From assembly GCA_963822175.1 (NCBI GenBank), contig CAWGGJ010000008.1, positions 640,388-704,387 of the forward strand: DNA of 64,000 nt. Reading direction: 5' to 3'. This stretch comes from an uncultured Chloroflexia bacterium. GTDB taxonomy: Bacteria > Chloroflexota > Anaerolineae > Anaerolineales > UBA4823. Position 1 is the first letter of the stretch; every line of letters begins with the position of its first letter. The notes under the pieces were generated by a model, which was given only the letters and a program-made list of their open reading frames with translations, was not told where the DNA came from and did not search any database. Both the position numbers and the translations under genes were made by a program. Positions 36,928 through 46,336 of this stretch are shown here, piece after piece.

Positions 36928-37962
36928 TCAAACATCAATCTGCGGATTATCGGAGGACTCTGGTTTTACTCCCACTCTTTCCAATGCACGCAGGGAAAAC
37001 ATTCCAAATAACAAGGGGATCCAGAATGTGATTCCCCGGAAACTCAGTGTGATTACTGCAGCATCTTCCAATGAAATATACATTGAGGTCAATGCAAGGG
37101 TAAGAGCACCTTCAACAACTCCAATCCCAGCGGGGGTCGGAGAGATAATCACGAATAATGAGCTAATGCTAAAACAGGCGATGATCGTTCCGATGGAAAT
37201 TGGCACTTTAAAGGCCAGGAAAATCAGGGTGAGAATGACAATCTGAAAAGCCTTATTTGTAAATGCCAGTAATAATGGCAGGAGCATAGCCCTTGGCCGG
37301 CTGCGCATTTGTACCAAACCTTCTGCAGCGTCGTGAGCAAATTCGTGTGCCCGTTGTTCTGAAAGGTAATCACGATGAATCAAAGGACGAGCGAGTTTAT
37401 TGAAAAAACGTGCCATTTTTGCTAATGCATTCCCCAACGCAACAGCTGATTGCATGCCAAGGTTCAACAAATAGGCGAATAACATGGCTAATGCAATTAA
37501 TGCGATTGAGGCGATGATCACGATTAACGTAAGGTCATTACGGCGGATCAGGATGACTAAACCCACCAGGAGGATGCTGATCAATCCCAGATAATCGAAT
37601 AACAAAAAAACCCCACCTGCCACTGCAGCCCGGGCAGAAGAATAATTCCTCCGCTTTGCTTCACTGACAAAGATTGCCACCCCGCTAACCCCTCCAGAAG
37701 GTGCAACTACATTGGCAAAATTTGCAGCAGTCACCATGAGAGCCAATGTTCCGATCTGCTCTTGGATCCCCATAGCACGGTAAATTGCCTGAAATGATGC
37801 TCCAGCATTAAGTACCCACAAGCACTCGACAATGAGCGCAAGACCGATATACCACCATATTCCTCTTTGAAGCGTCTCTGCAATAGATTTAAGCTCGGAA
37901 AATCTCCCGACAACAAAAATAAATCCCAGGAACAATGCAAGCGCGAGGATAAAATTTCGCAT
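36928..37962 (-). CDS. Flippase-like / lysylphosphatidylglycerol-synthase-TM-region family membrane protein
   Basis: The 344-aa polytopic membrane protein has an N-terminus and overall layout resembling the UPF0104/LPG_synthase_TM family. The assignment is from memory of the family. Confidence 0.6.
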   Translation of the reverse strand: MRNFILALALFLGFIFVVGRFSELKSIAETLQRGIWWYIGLALIVECLWVLNAGASFQAIYRAMGIQEQIGTLALMVTAANFANVVAPSGGVSGVAIFVSEAKRRNYSSARAAVAGGVFLLFDYLGLISILLVGLVILIRRNDLTLIVIIASIALIALAMLFAYLLNLGMQSAVALGNALAKMARFFNKLARPLIHRDYLSEQRAHEFAHDAAEGLVQMRSRPRAMLLPLLLAFTNKAFQIVILTLIFLAFKVPISIGTIIACFSISSLFVIISPTPAGIGVVEGALTLALTSMYISLEDAAVITLSFRGITFWIPLLFGMFSLRALERVGVKPESSDNPQIDV

Positions 37963-38033
37963 ATTTTGGATTATACCAACCTTCGAGGGGGATAACTGCT
38001 TAATCCCAACTGAAGATTGGTATCCAGGCAGTA

Positions 38034-38729
38034 TTACCGCCTCCGCCCGCTCACTCCACCGACCATGGAAATAAAATAAAGTAGCTGCATTACGGCGGCA
38101 AACAATCCCGCCACGTAGGTCAAGGCTGCTGCATTTAAAACATTATTCACTCCCCGTCGTTCATCCTCACCAGCAATCATACCTGTATTGGTTAGTAACT
38201 GTTTGGCACGGGAGGATGCGTTAAGCTCGACAGGAAGGGTTGCCAGGGCAAATAGGGCTCCTCCTGAAAAGACAAGCACTCCCAACCAGGCCAGGTTTGT
38301 CATACGCAGGATCAATCCAATGAAGATCAAGATCCATCCCAGGTAGGAGCCAATATTGACAGCTGGAACCATTGCAGCTCTCAGTCGTAGAGGGAAGTAT
38401 CCATCACGATCTTGCATGGCATGACCAAGCTCATGAGCTGTAATTGCCAGTGCAGCCACGGAGGAGCTATTATAAACACCCTCTGAGAGATGCAGAACTT
38501 TTTGGCGAGGATCATAGTTATCCGTGAGTTTCCCGTGAACACCTTCTACATCAACATCCAATCCCCCGGCAGAAATCAATCGTTGAGCTACCTCGGCTCC
38601 TGTCAACCGGCTCCGTGCCATTATCTGGCTCCATTTTCGATATGCACTATTCACATATCCTTGAGTAACCAGCATCAAAATAATGGCTGGTAACATATAA
38701 ATCATGTATGTTGGGTCAAAGAATAACAT
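38034..38729 (-). CDS. YugP-type zinc metallopeptidase (Zn_peptidase_2)
   Basis: It has MLFFDPTYMIY..., the HELGHAMQ zinc motif and C-terminal TM helices. Confidence 0.85.
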   Translation of the reverse strand: MLFFDPTYMIYMLPAIILMLVTQGYVNSAYRKWSQIMARSRLTGAEVAQRLISAGGLDVDVEGVHGKLTDNYDPRQKVLHLSEGVYNSSSVAALAITAHELGHAMQDRDGYFPLRLRAAMVPAVNIGSYLGWILIFIGLILRMTNLAWLGVLVFSGGALFALATLPVELNASSRAKQLLTNTGMIAGEDERRGVNNVLNAAALTYVAGLFAAVMQLLYFISMVGGVSGRRR

Positions 38730-38807
38730 TTGGTACCTCCTACCTCCTACCTTGTGCCTTACATTATTTACCGTTCTATTCTTACTAAAGTTTCATCACC
38801 GATTACT

Positions 38808-40019
38808 TCACGGTTGTGAAAGTATTTCAACTGCACGATCTAGCTGCGCGTCAATCCCAGCTTGGGCGTCTGTGTCTGTAATTGTGACTTCAACGTCGGG
38901 TGTTAGGCCTGCACCAGTGACATTACGACCATTGGGAGTGAGCCAGCGGGCAATCGTTACCCTGACTGCCCCTTCGTCGTCGGATAATGAAATCCAATTT
39001 TGGACGGTGCCTTTACCATATGTGGTTACTCCTACCAGCTGAGCCCTTCCACGGTCCTGTAATGCACCTGCCACCAATTCAGACGCGGATGCTGACCATT
39101 CGTTCACCAGCACAACCATCGGTATTTTTGTCGCGATCCCATCACCCGATACGTTGAATGTGTCACGGGTTCCATCACCATATTCTTCAAATGCTACCAC
39201 CCCATCTGGCAGAAATTCTGAGCCTACCTCTATCGCAGCATTGAGAAAACCACCCGAGTTATATCGCAAATCCAAGATCAAGCCTTTGGGATTTTGGGCC
39301 ATTAAATCTTGTAATGCAGCGTTGATTTCATCACCAGTCGTATTGCTGAATTGGTTTAAACGAAGGTAGGCGATTTCATTGTCCAGCATACGATACTCAG
39401 TGCTGGGGATGGATATCTGGGCGCGAGTGATTGGAACATCGAATGGTTGTTCGACCCCTTCTCGCATAACGGTAAGGATCACCTGGGTACCAGCTTCACC
39501 CAAAACTTTTTGCCGAGCCAGCTCAGGTAGTGTCCCGGTCATGTCAACACCATCGATGGCAATGATCTGGTCCCCTGCCTTCAATCCTGCCACCTCAGCG
39601 GGGGAATCTTTCATCGGTTCAGTAATGGTCAAAAATTCACCCTCCGTGTTGACCCAGGCACCAATCCCCGAATATCCCTCAAGCGGAGCGGTGGCATCAC
39701 TATATTCAGCTGGATCCATGTACGCCGAATGGGGATCATCGAGGGATTCCATCATGCCCCGAATTGCACCTTGCATCATTTTTTCATCATCAACTGGCTG
39801 AACCAGGTACTGGTCATGTACGATATCCCACGCTTCCCAAAATGGTTTAAAAAGCTGGTCATTATCTTCTGATACCACAGTACTGGAATTGGAAGCTATT
39901 TGTAGCGGTAGATTATTACTAAAACGACCAGCAATGAAACCTAATGCCAGACATCCGACGATTAAAACCACAATCACACAGCCGATGAGGATCTTATTAA
40001 AACTACGACCTTGTTCCAT
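38808..40019 (-). CDS. ctpA: S41A carboxyl-terminal processing protease with PDZ domain
   Basis: It has an N-terminal TM anchor, a PDZ domain (SPAEVAGLKAGDQIIAIDG), LDLRYNSGG and NEWSASASE..AGALQD. Confidence 0.88.
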   Translation of the reverse strand: MEQGRSFNKILIGCVIVVLIVGCLALGFIAGRFSNNLPLQIASNSSTVVSEDNDQLFKPFWEAWDIVHDQYLVQPVDDEKMMQGAIRGMMESLDDPHSAYMDPAEYSDATAPLEGYSGIGAWVNTEGEFLTITEPMKDSPAEVAGLKAGDQIIAIDGVDMTGTLPELARQKVLGEAGTQVILTVMREGVEQPFDVPITRAQISIPSTEYRMLDNEIAYLRLNQFSNTTGDEINAALQDLMAQNPKGLILDLRYNSGGFLNAAIEVGSEFLPDGVVAFEEYGDGTRDTFNVSGDGIATKIPMVVLVNEWSASASELVAGALQDRGRAQLVGVTTYGKGTVQNWISLSDDEGAVRVTIARWLTPNGRNVTGAGLTPDVEVTITDTDAQAGIDAQLDRAVEILSQP

Positions 40020-40080
40020 TTGAACTCCTGAATTAAAAGATAGTATATTCCAATATTATTTGAAGATTATCATAATTGGG

Positions 40081-40911
40081 TTAGAACGATTTAATATGGT
40101 GGGAAAGGTATGCATCAAATGAAACCTGGTCACTGACTTGTTCTGTGTATTCGAGAATTGCCTCTGCGTCCAGTGGATATAAGGGATGGCAGGAGGTCGG
40201 TGCTGCTCCCTTTGGCGCAAGGACAACTGCATGAACACATGGGGATACCAGGTCAGCTTTGGATAGCTCGGGTACGATCTCTTCTGCGGTAATGATCACC
40301 TTGTGCGCTGTCAGGCTTAGTTCGATGTCCACACCCTTATTATCACCAATCTGTGCATTTCCATCCTGATCAGCTTTCAATGCATGAATCACAGCAACAT
40401 CTGGTTGGATGGATGGAAATGCCACCAATTCTTCCCCACTGTATGGATCGATAATTGTTCGTACATCGGGGCGAAGGCGGAGGAGATCAGTTCCAAGCCA
40501 ACCGAGACCGGGCATGAATCCTACTGATGCCATCTGGGCACGTAATCCCATCGAAATGCTGGTTTCAGTTTCTTCAATAATATCTATCAATCCATTATTT
40601 GAAAATTCGGTAAACATGGGAGCAAACCCAAAGATTTCAAGACCGAAGTAACATGTCCGCACCTTAGTGACCAGTCCTGACCCGACCAACAGGTCACTTT
40701 CATATCCAGCAGTGAAAGCCAACAATGTCAGATCTAAAGGTTTTCCAGACAGATGGTGTCTTTGGATCAATGCCCGCACAAATGCGACTGGTCGCCGGTA
40801 CAAGGTCATGCCACCCAACGCCAACGTGCAACCTGGTTCAACCAGCTCAATTGCTTTTTGCATCGTAATGACTTTACCAGGCATAGAAATATTCAATCCC
40901 CCGTTAACCAT
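40081..40911 (-). CDS. CoA-transferase subunit A-like protein (glutaconate/3-oxoacid CoA-transferase family)
   Basis: GCTLALGGMTLYRRP, IIEETETS and the overall length match family I CoA-transferase A subunits. The start is possibly internal (MQKAIELV). Confidence 0.7.
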   Translation of the reverse strand: MVNGGLNISMPGKVITMQKAIELVEPGCTLALGGMTLYRRPVAFVRALIQRHHLSGKPLDLTLLAFTAGYESDLLVGSGLVTKVRTCYFGLEIFGFAPMFTEFSNNGLIDIIEETETSISMGLRAQMASVGFMPGLGWLGTDLLRLRPDVRTIIDPYSGEELVAFPSIQPDVAVIHALKADQDGNAQIGDNKGVDIELSLTAHKVIITAEEIVPELSKADLVSPCVHAVVLAPKGAAPTSCHPLYPLDAEAILEYTEQVSDQVSFDAYLSHHIKSF

Positions 40912-41543
40912 AATTCTGGCACATTTTCCTTGAGGTAGTGGAGGCTGGAGATGCTTCGATCAGCAGCAGGCTCAATGCCATTTTTCCCTACCAATACGGT
41001 GTAAAAACCCAGTTCATGGGCAGGATTTAGATTTCGTAATGAATCATCAAAAATGACGCATCGGGTTGGATCTTCGTCACCAGCGACAATTTGTGCCCGT
41101 TGGTAGGCAATTATTTCAGGTTTACAGGCGAAATCAACCGCACGAATATCGATGATTCCGGCGAAACAATCCTGGATACCAAGAATATTCAAGACCCTGC
41201 CAGCATGTTTATCATCTGCATTGGTAAAAATCCATCGCCGTTGGGGTAAGCTAAATAAAATCTTACGCAGCTCAGGGTCGGGCTTGATATATTTTTCAAG
41301 GGGAAGATCATGAACATAAGCAAGATACTCGTCTGCATCCACTTCGTAATGAGCTTGTAGACCGCGTAATGTCGTACCATACTGCTCCAGGTAACTTTGC
41401 CGTAATTTTATGATCTCCGGAAGTGGTAGATCAATAATCATCTGCATGTATTCATTCATTCGTTGGCGAATCGCATCCCATAAACCACTGCTGGGAGGAT
41501 AGAGAGTATCATCTAAGTCGAAGTATAGGCTGGTGAAAGACAT
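40893..41543 (-). CDS. HAD-superfamily pyrimidine 5'-nucleotidase-like hydrolase
   Basis: HAD motif I is YFDLDDTLY. I chose the start at MSFTSLYF (41543) rather than the upstream ORF-track start at 41615. FTNADDKHA and FDDS are also present. Confidence 0.78.
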   Translation of the reverse strand: MSFTSLYFDLDDTLYPPSSGLWDAIRQRMNEYMQMIIDLPLPEIIKLRQSYLEQYGTTLRGLQAHYEVDADEYLAYVHDLPLEKYIKPDPELRKILFSLPQRRWIFTNADDKHAGRVLNILGIQDCFAGIIDIRAVDFACKPEIIAYQRAQIVAGDEDPTRCVIFDDSLRNLNPAHELGFYTVLVGKNGIEPAADRSISSLHYLKENVPELWLTGD

Positions 41544-41583
41544 GCTGAGTATTATACGGGATATTGAGTGAAAAGCTACCCCT

Positions 41584-43392
41584 TTGTTATATAATACCCC
41601 TGTGCAAATACACATCTTACCCCCAGAAGTAGCCTCCCAGATTGCAGCTGGTGAGGTTGTTGAACGTCCAGCGTCGGTAGTAAAGGAATTATTGGAGAAC
41701 TCCCTGGATGCGGGAGCCAGGCAAATTACAATTCACATTAAAGAAGCAGGTCAAAGGCTGGTGGAGATTTCTGATGATGGATGTGGAATTCCGGCTGATG
41801 AGCTTGTTTTATCTGTGGAACGCCATGCAACGAGCAAGCTAAGATCAGCACAGGACCTGTATAAGATTGCAACATTGGGTTTTCGAGGTGAGGCGCTGGC
41901 ATCCATTGGATCGGTGGCAAGGTTGACCATAACCTCGAGGATAGATAAATCGCCCACAGGAGCACGTATCCACGTTGAAGGCGGGAAAGCAGGTAAAGTA
42001 CAAATTGTAGGAGCTCCGGTTGGTACAACAGTGCTGGTAGAAGATCTTTTTTATAATGTCCCCGCCCGGTTGAAATTCCTGAAGCATATATCCACAGAAC
42101 GCCGTCATATTGATGAAATGGTCACCAGGTATTCCTTGGCTTATCCTGAGGTACGCTTTCAGCTCTACCAGGATGATCGACCTGTGCTATTGACCAGCGG
42201 CAACGGTAACCGGTCTGAGGTTTTGGCGACTCTTTATGGTGTTGAAGTAGCCAGGCGGATGTTGAGTGTCCTTGCTGAGGAGGATGGATTATCCCTGACA
42301 GGATTTATCAGCCCGATCAGCCTTACCCGATCAAACAGGCGGGAGATCACTTTTTTTGTTAACGGACGCCCCGTCCAGGATCCTGCACTTGGAACTGCTT
42401 TGGTCCAGGCATACCATACACTACTGATGGTGGGAAGATATCCGTTAGCGATTTTATTCCTTCAGCTGCCAGCAGATACCGTTGACGTGAATGTTCATCC
42501 AACCAAGGCGGAGGTACGCTTCAAGGATGCTGACCTGGTCTTCCGAGGAGTCCAAAGGGCAATCAGGCGGGCATTATTGGCTCATTCACCAATCCCATCC
42601 GTCAGTGGGAATCTGTATTGGCAAGCATCACCTGCTAACCAGGCAAACGCCCGGCAGGTAGATCCTGCCTGGGGAATGTCTGCAAGCCTACAGGAATATC
42701 CTCCGCCTGCTACAACAGACTCACAATCAGCAACGCTACTGACATCAACAGCACAAACAAGTCTATCACGACCAGCTATTCCACTTTTACGCCTGGTTGG
42801 CCAGATTGCATCTGCGTATCTAGTTGCAGAAGGACCGGATGGGCTTTATTTGATCGATCAGCATGCTGCTCACGAGAGGGTTTTATTTGAGAGCTTTATG
42901 GCGATGTGGAGTCAAGCCAATCAATCCACGGATCAGACCAGCAGTAACCGGATTCCCGCACAGATGTTGCTGAAACCGGTGAGTATTGACTTACCGCCTG
43001 CAGCTGCGCGATTGATCGAGGAACAGCTTCCAGTGCTGAATAAGTTGGGATTTCAAATCGAACTTTTTGGAAGGGGCAGCTTTTTGGTCCGGGCGATACC
43101 TACCCTGTTGGCTGGGATGGATCCTACTGCTGCAGTGGGAGTGATCGTTGAGGATTTTGAGGAAGATGAAACTCCATTGCAAGCAGTATCAGAAGCCAGG
43201 ATCATCGCCAGGGTATGCAAGCGTGCGGCGATCAAAGCGGGACAAAATCTTACTTCACAGGAGCAATCGGCGTTATTAAACGACCTGGAAGCCTGCCAAT
43301 CTCCACGTACCTGCCCACATGGACGTCCAACGATGATTCACCTATCAGTGGACTTGCTGGAACGACAGTTCGGACGCAAGGGAGCGCGCTGA
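41584..43392 (+). CDS. mutL: DNA mismatch repair protein MutL
   Basis: It has the GHKL ATPase motifs IAAGEVVERPASVVKELLENSLDAG, DDGCGI and FRGEAL, plus a C-terminal dimerisation domain. The start codon is uncertain. Confidence 0.92.
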   Translation: MLYNTPVQIHILPPEVASQIAAGEVVERPASVVKELLENSLDAGARQITIHIKEAGQRLVEISDDGCGIPADELVLSVERHATSKLRSAQDLYKIATLGFRGEALASIGSVARLTITSRIDKSPTGARIHVEGGKAGKVQIVGAPVGTTVLVEDLFYNVPARLKFLKHISTERRHIDEMVTRYSLAYPEVRFQLYQDDRPVLLTSGNGNRSEVLATLYGVEVARRMLSVLAEEDGLSLTGFISPISLTRSNRREITFFVNGRPVQDPALGTALVQAYHTLLMVGRYPLAILFLQLPADTVDVNVHPTKAEVRFKDADLVFRGVQRAIRRALLAHSPIPSVSGNLYWQASPANQANARQVDPAWGMSASLQEYPPPATTDSQSATLLTSTAQTSLSRPAIPLLRLVGQIASAYLVAEGPDGLYLIDQHAAHERVLFESFMAMWSQANQSTDQTSSNRIPAQMLLKPVSIDLPPAAARLIEEQLPVLNKLGFQIELFGRGSFLVRAIPTLLAGMDPTAAVGVIVEDFEEDETPLQAVSEARIIARVCKRAAIKAGQNLTSQEQSALLNDLEACQSPRTCPHGRPTMIHLSVDLLERQFGRKGAR

Positions 43393-43409
43393 AGAAGGAA
43401 TCTGATAGC

Positions 43410-44375
43410 ATGCAAGTCATCTGGCTCGAAAAGCAAACGTTAAGTATTCGTGAGGATGTTCCTATACCAGATCCAGGAGAAGGTGAAGCACTGATCAAAA
43501 TCCTCCTGACAGGATTGTGTAGTACAGATCTTGAATTGGTGCGTGGGTACTATCCTTTTACAGGCATACCTGGCCATGAGTTTGTTGGCAGGGTGGTGAG
43601 TTCGCCAAGCGATCCAGCCTGGATCGAGAAGCGTGTGGTGGGTGAGATCAGTATTGCTTGTGGAAAGTGTGATACCTGTAAATCAGGTCTTAATCGACAT
43701 TGTGAGCGCCGGAAAACTTTGGGTATCCACGATTGGAATGGAGCTTTCGCTGAGTACCTGGTCCTGCCACTGGTAAATCTGCATGTTGTTCCAGATCATC
43801 TTCCAAATGAAGTCGCGGTATTCACTGAACCAGTGGCCGCTGCCCTCGAAATCCTGGAACAAACCAGCCTCGAAACCCGTGATCGGGTACTGGTGATAGG
43901 AGCAGGACGGCTTGGGCAATTAATTGCTTCGGTCATCCAGCGTGTTGGATGTCAGCTTGACGTGGTTGCACGACACCCCAGGCAGCGTGAGCTCTTGGCT
44001 GAACGTAATATTAATGTAATTGATGAGGATGCGATATTCACCCGAAAATATGATGTAGTGGTGGAAGCTACGGGTACAGCAGGGGGCTTTGAGTTAGCAA
44101 TGAAATCGATCCGTCCGCGTGGAAGGATTATTTTAAAAAGCACTTATAAAGGGAATGTGCAGGTGAATTTTTCACAGATCGTTGTGGATGAGATCACGCT
44201 TATTGGATCTCGCTGTGGTTCATTCGATCCAGCAATGAGATTATTGGCGGAGGGGAAAATAAACCCACATCGGTTGATTGAAGCAACCTATTCACTTGAT
44301 CAAGGAATCTCTGCTTTTGAACACGCTTCCAGACCAGGTGTGCTTAAGGTGTTATTACGACCTGGTGAGGCATGA
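43410..44375 (+). CDS. Zinc-dependent alcohol dehydrogenase family oxidoreductase
   Basis: It has GLCSTDLE, GHEFVG, the structural-Zn cluster CGKCDTCKSGLNRHC and the Rossmann motif VIGAGRLG. ATG 43410 has a GAAGGAA SD. The longer ORF-track start would overlap mutL. Confidence 0.85.
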   Translation: MQVIWLEKQTLSIREDVPIPDPGEGEALIKILLTGLCSTDLELVRGYYPFTGIPGHEFVGRVVSSPSDPAWIEKRVVGEISIACGKCDTCKSGLNRHCERRKTLGIHDWNGAFAEYLVLPLVNLHVVPDHLPNEVAVFTEPVAAALEILEQTSLETRDRVLVIGAGRLGQLIASVIQRVGCQLDVVARHPRQRELLAERNINVIDEDAIFTRKYDVVVEATGTAGGFELAMKSIRPRGRIILKSTYKGNVQVNFSQIVVDEITLIGSRCGSFDPAMRLLAEGKINPHRLIEATYSLDQGISAFEHASRPGVLKVLLRPGEA

Positions 44376-45567
44376 ATTCGCATTCTTTGGGAAGATGAAC
44401 AGTAAAAGTCGAGCCGATACCAACCGTACTTTCAACTTCAATTTTTCCTTTGTGTCCTTCAACAATTTGCCTGCAAATGGTTAAACCCAAACCAGTTCCC
44501 TTGGCGTTTTTTTCAAGGGTTGGAACGCGGAAAAATCGCTCGAAAAGATGGGGTAGATATTCTGCAGGGATACCCTGACCATTATCCTGGACACTGAAGG
44601 ATATACCCGCCGGGGATTCTTTCGCACTGACATGAATCTCACATTCTTGGGGGCTGTATTTGATTGCATTGTTTATCAGGTTAAGGCTAACCTGCTTTAT
44701 CTTATCTTTGTCAGCTGTTATCTGTAAAGGATAGGCGGGCAAATCCAGGTATATTTTGATTTCTTTACTCCCTGTTTGCATTCGCATTATATCTACGCTC
44801 TCTTTAAGCAGCTGTGCCAGGTCAAATAAGGTCGGTTTATATTTAACCCTGCCAGACTCAAAGCGGGCATAATCCAGGTAGGATGTAGTCAGGTTTGTTA
44901 GGCGGTTGAATTCAGCCTGGATCATCTGAGATATTTGCTCGTGTTTACTTTCAGGTAAATCAGGTCTTTGTAACAGGTAGAGGGCAGTATTGAGGGATGC
45001 CAGGGGAGTGCGTAATTCATGCACAAGCTCAGCTAAAAGATCTGATTGGAGAAATCGATATGTGTTATTGATGCATATTGCTGCCTGAGATGCAAATGAA
45101 GCCAGGATCTCATGGTCAAGCAGTGAAAAATCCCCGCTGCGCTTGTTCACAACTTCCAGAATACCCAATGGTTTATTTTTTACATAAAGTGGAACACTGA
45201 GTATCGAATGAAGCTCGATGTTTGGCAGATCGATCATACCCCCGTAATTATCATCCGACTTCTGTAGATCATTGATCATCACCGGCAAGCGATGGGAATA
45301 TACCCAACCTTCTAGGCTATTCTCCATTGAAATGGTAAATCCCCTGTTCAGAGTTTTATTGTTATACCAACCAGTTTCTAACGATAGCAATGGTTGATAT
45401 TGATCAGGTAATAAAATCCAGGAGCCTTCAGCATCACAGAGTGCCACTGCTGCTTCAACAATCTTTGTTATAAGAAGGTCATTGTTGAGTATTGACGCCA
45501 ATTCGTTCAATACAGTAAACAATTGCTGATATCTTTCAACAGCTGATAATGGATTATTGCCAGTCAT
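44344..45567 (-). CDS. GAF-domain sensor histidine kinase
   Basis: It has an N-terminal GAF-like region, the H-box HELRTPL, the N-box NLINNAIKY and the G-boxes DNGQGIP / GTGLGL. Confidence 0.88.
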   Translation of the reverse strand: MTGNNPLSAVERYQQLFTVLNELASILNNDLLITKIVEAAVALCDAEGSWILLPDQYQPLLSLETGWYNNKTLNRGFTISMENSLEGWVYSHRLPVMINDLQKSDDNYGGMIDLPNIELHSILSVPLYVKNKPLGILEVVNKRSGDFSLLDHEILASFASQAAICINNTYRFLQSDLLAELVHELRTPLASLNTALYLLQRPDLPESKHEQISQMIQAEFNRLTNLTTSYLDYARFESGRVKYKPTLFDLAQLLKESVDIMRMQTGSKEIKIYLDLPAYPLQITADKDKIKQVSLNLINNAIKYSPQECEIHVSAKESPAGISFSVQDNGQGIPAEYLPHLFERFFRVPTLEKNAKGTGLGLTICRQIVEGHKGKIEVESTVGIGSTFTVHLPKECEFMPHQVVITP

Positions 45568-46336
45568 CTAAAACCTCGCTTGCTATCAGTGGAAAAACAT
45601 CTACCACATCTGCCCTGATAATGAGATCGGCGCGAACATCAATATATGTATCAGCATGATTAATAATAATTATTCGGGCACCATTATCCAATGCAAGGAT
45701 GGGGAGCTTGGCTGAAGGTAACACTTCCAATGATGTACCAGCAATCAGCATCAGGTCACAGTGGCTGCTGGCTTCTTCGGCCTTCAACCAGGTTTTCACT
45801 GGCAATTGTTCTTCGAAGAGGATTATGTCAGGTTTCAGTATCCCTCCACATGTTTGGCAAAGCGGAATTGTACAGTAATTAATATATTCCTGGATGACGG
45901 TGTTTGATGCTACCTGCCTGAAGCATTTTATGCAGGTTAAAGTATTTAATGTCCCATGGATCTCCAGGACGTTATTTGCACCCGCACGGGTGTGCAGGCC
46001 ATCAATATTTTGAGTAATTATTGTCGAAATGTAACCGGAAGCTTGCAATCTTGCCAGGGCAACATGGGCGGTGTTCGGTGATGCTGATAACATATGAACC
46101 GCTAATGGATGAAGCCATTTGTAGAATAGTTCTGGATCATAGCGAAATGCAGACAATGAAGCCACTTCCATCGGTAAGAAGCGGGTCCATAAGCCAATCC
46201 CAGGACTACGAAAATCCGGTATGCCCGAGGGAGTAGAAATACCAGCGCCGGTGAGTACCACGACCCGGTGGGAATGTTTTAGCATGTCTGAAGCTAGATT
46301 GGTGGTATTAATTATCTCTTGGTAAGAACTGCTCAT
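45554..46336 (-). CDS. cobB: NAD-dependent protein deacylase (Sir2/CobB family)
   Basis: It has GAGISTPSGIPDFRS, QNIDGLH and the Zn ribbon CIKC...CQTCGG. It overlaps both neighbours. Confidence 0.88.
   Translation of the reverse strand: MSSSYQEIINTTNLASDMLKHSHRVVVLTGAGISTPSGIPDFRSPGIGLWTRFLPMEVASLSAFRYDPELFYKWLHPLAVHMLSASPNTAHVALARLQASGYISTIITQNIDGLHTRAGANNVLEIHGTLNTLTCIKCFRQVASNTVIQEYINYCTIPLCQTCGGILKPDIILFEEQLPVKTWLKAEEASSHCDLMLIAGTSLEVLPSAKLPILALDNGARIIIINHADTYIDVRADLIIRADVVDVFPLIASEVLDDWQ

Noticed and set aside
41544-41615. An upstream extension of the HAD nucleotidase ORF (MCICTGVLYNKGVAFHSISRIILS...), overlapping the mutL start region.
   Set aside because: HAD motif I (YFDLDDT) lies within 10 residues of the internal Met at 41543, as is typical. 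The extension is Cys-rich and unconserved-looking.
43215-43409. A long N-terminal extension of the alcohol-dehydrogenase ORF (ORF-track start 43215), overlapping the 3' end of mutL by about 180 nt.
   Set aside because: The extension has no ADH homology and an odd composition. An ATG at 43410 with a GAAGGAA SD begins exactly at the conserved MQVIWLEK... N-terminus.
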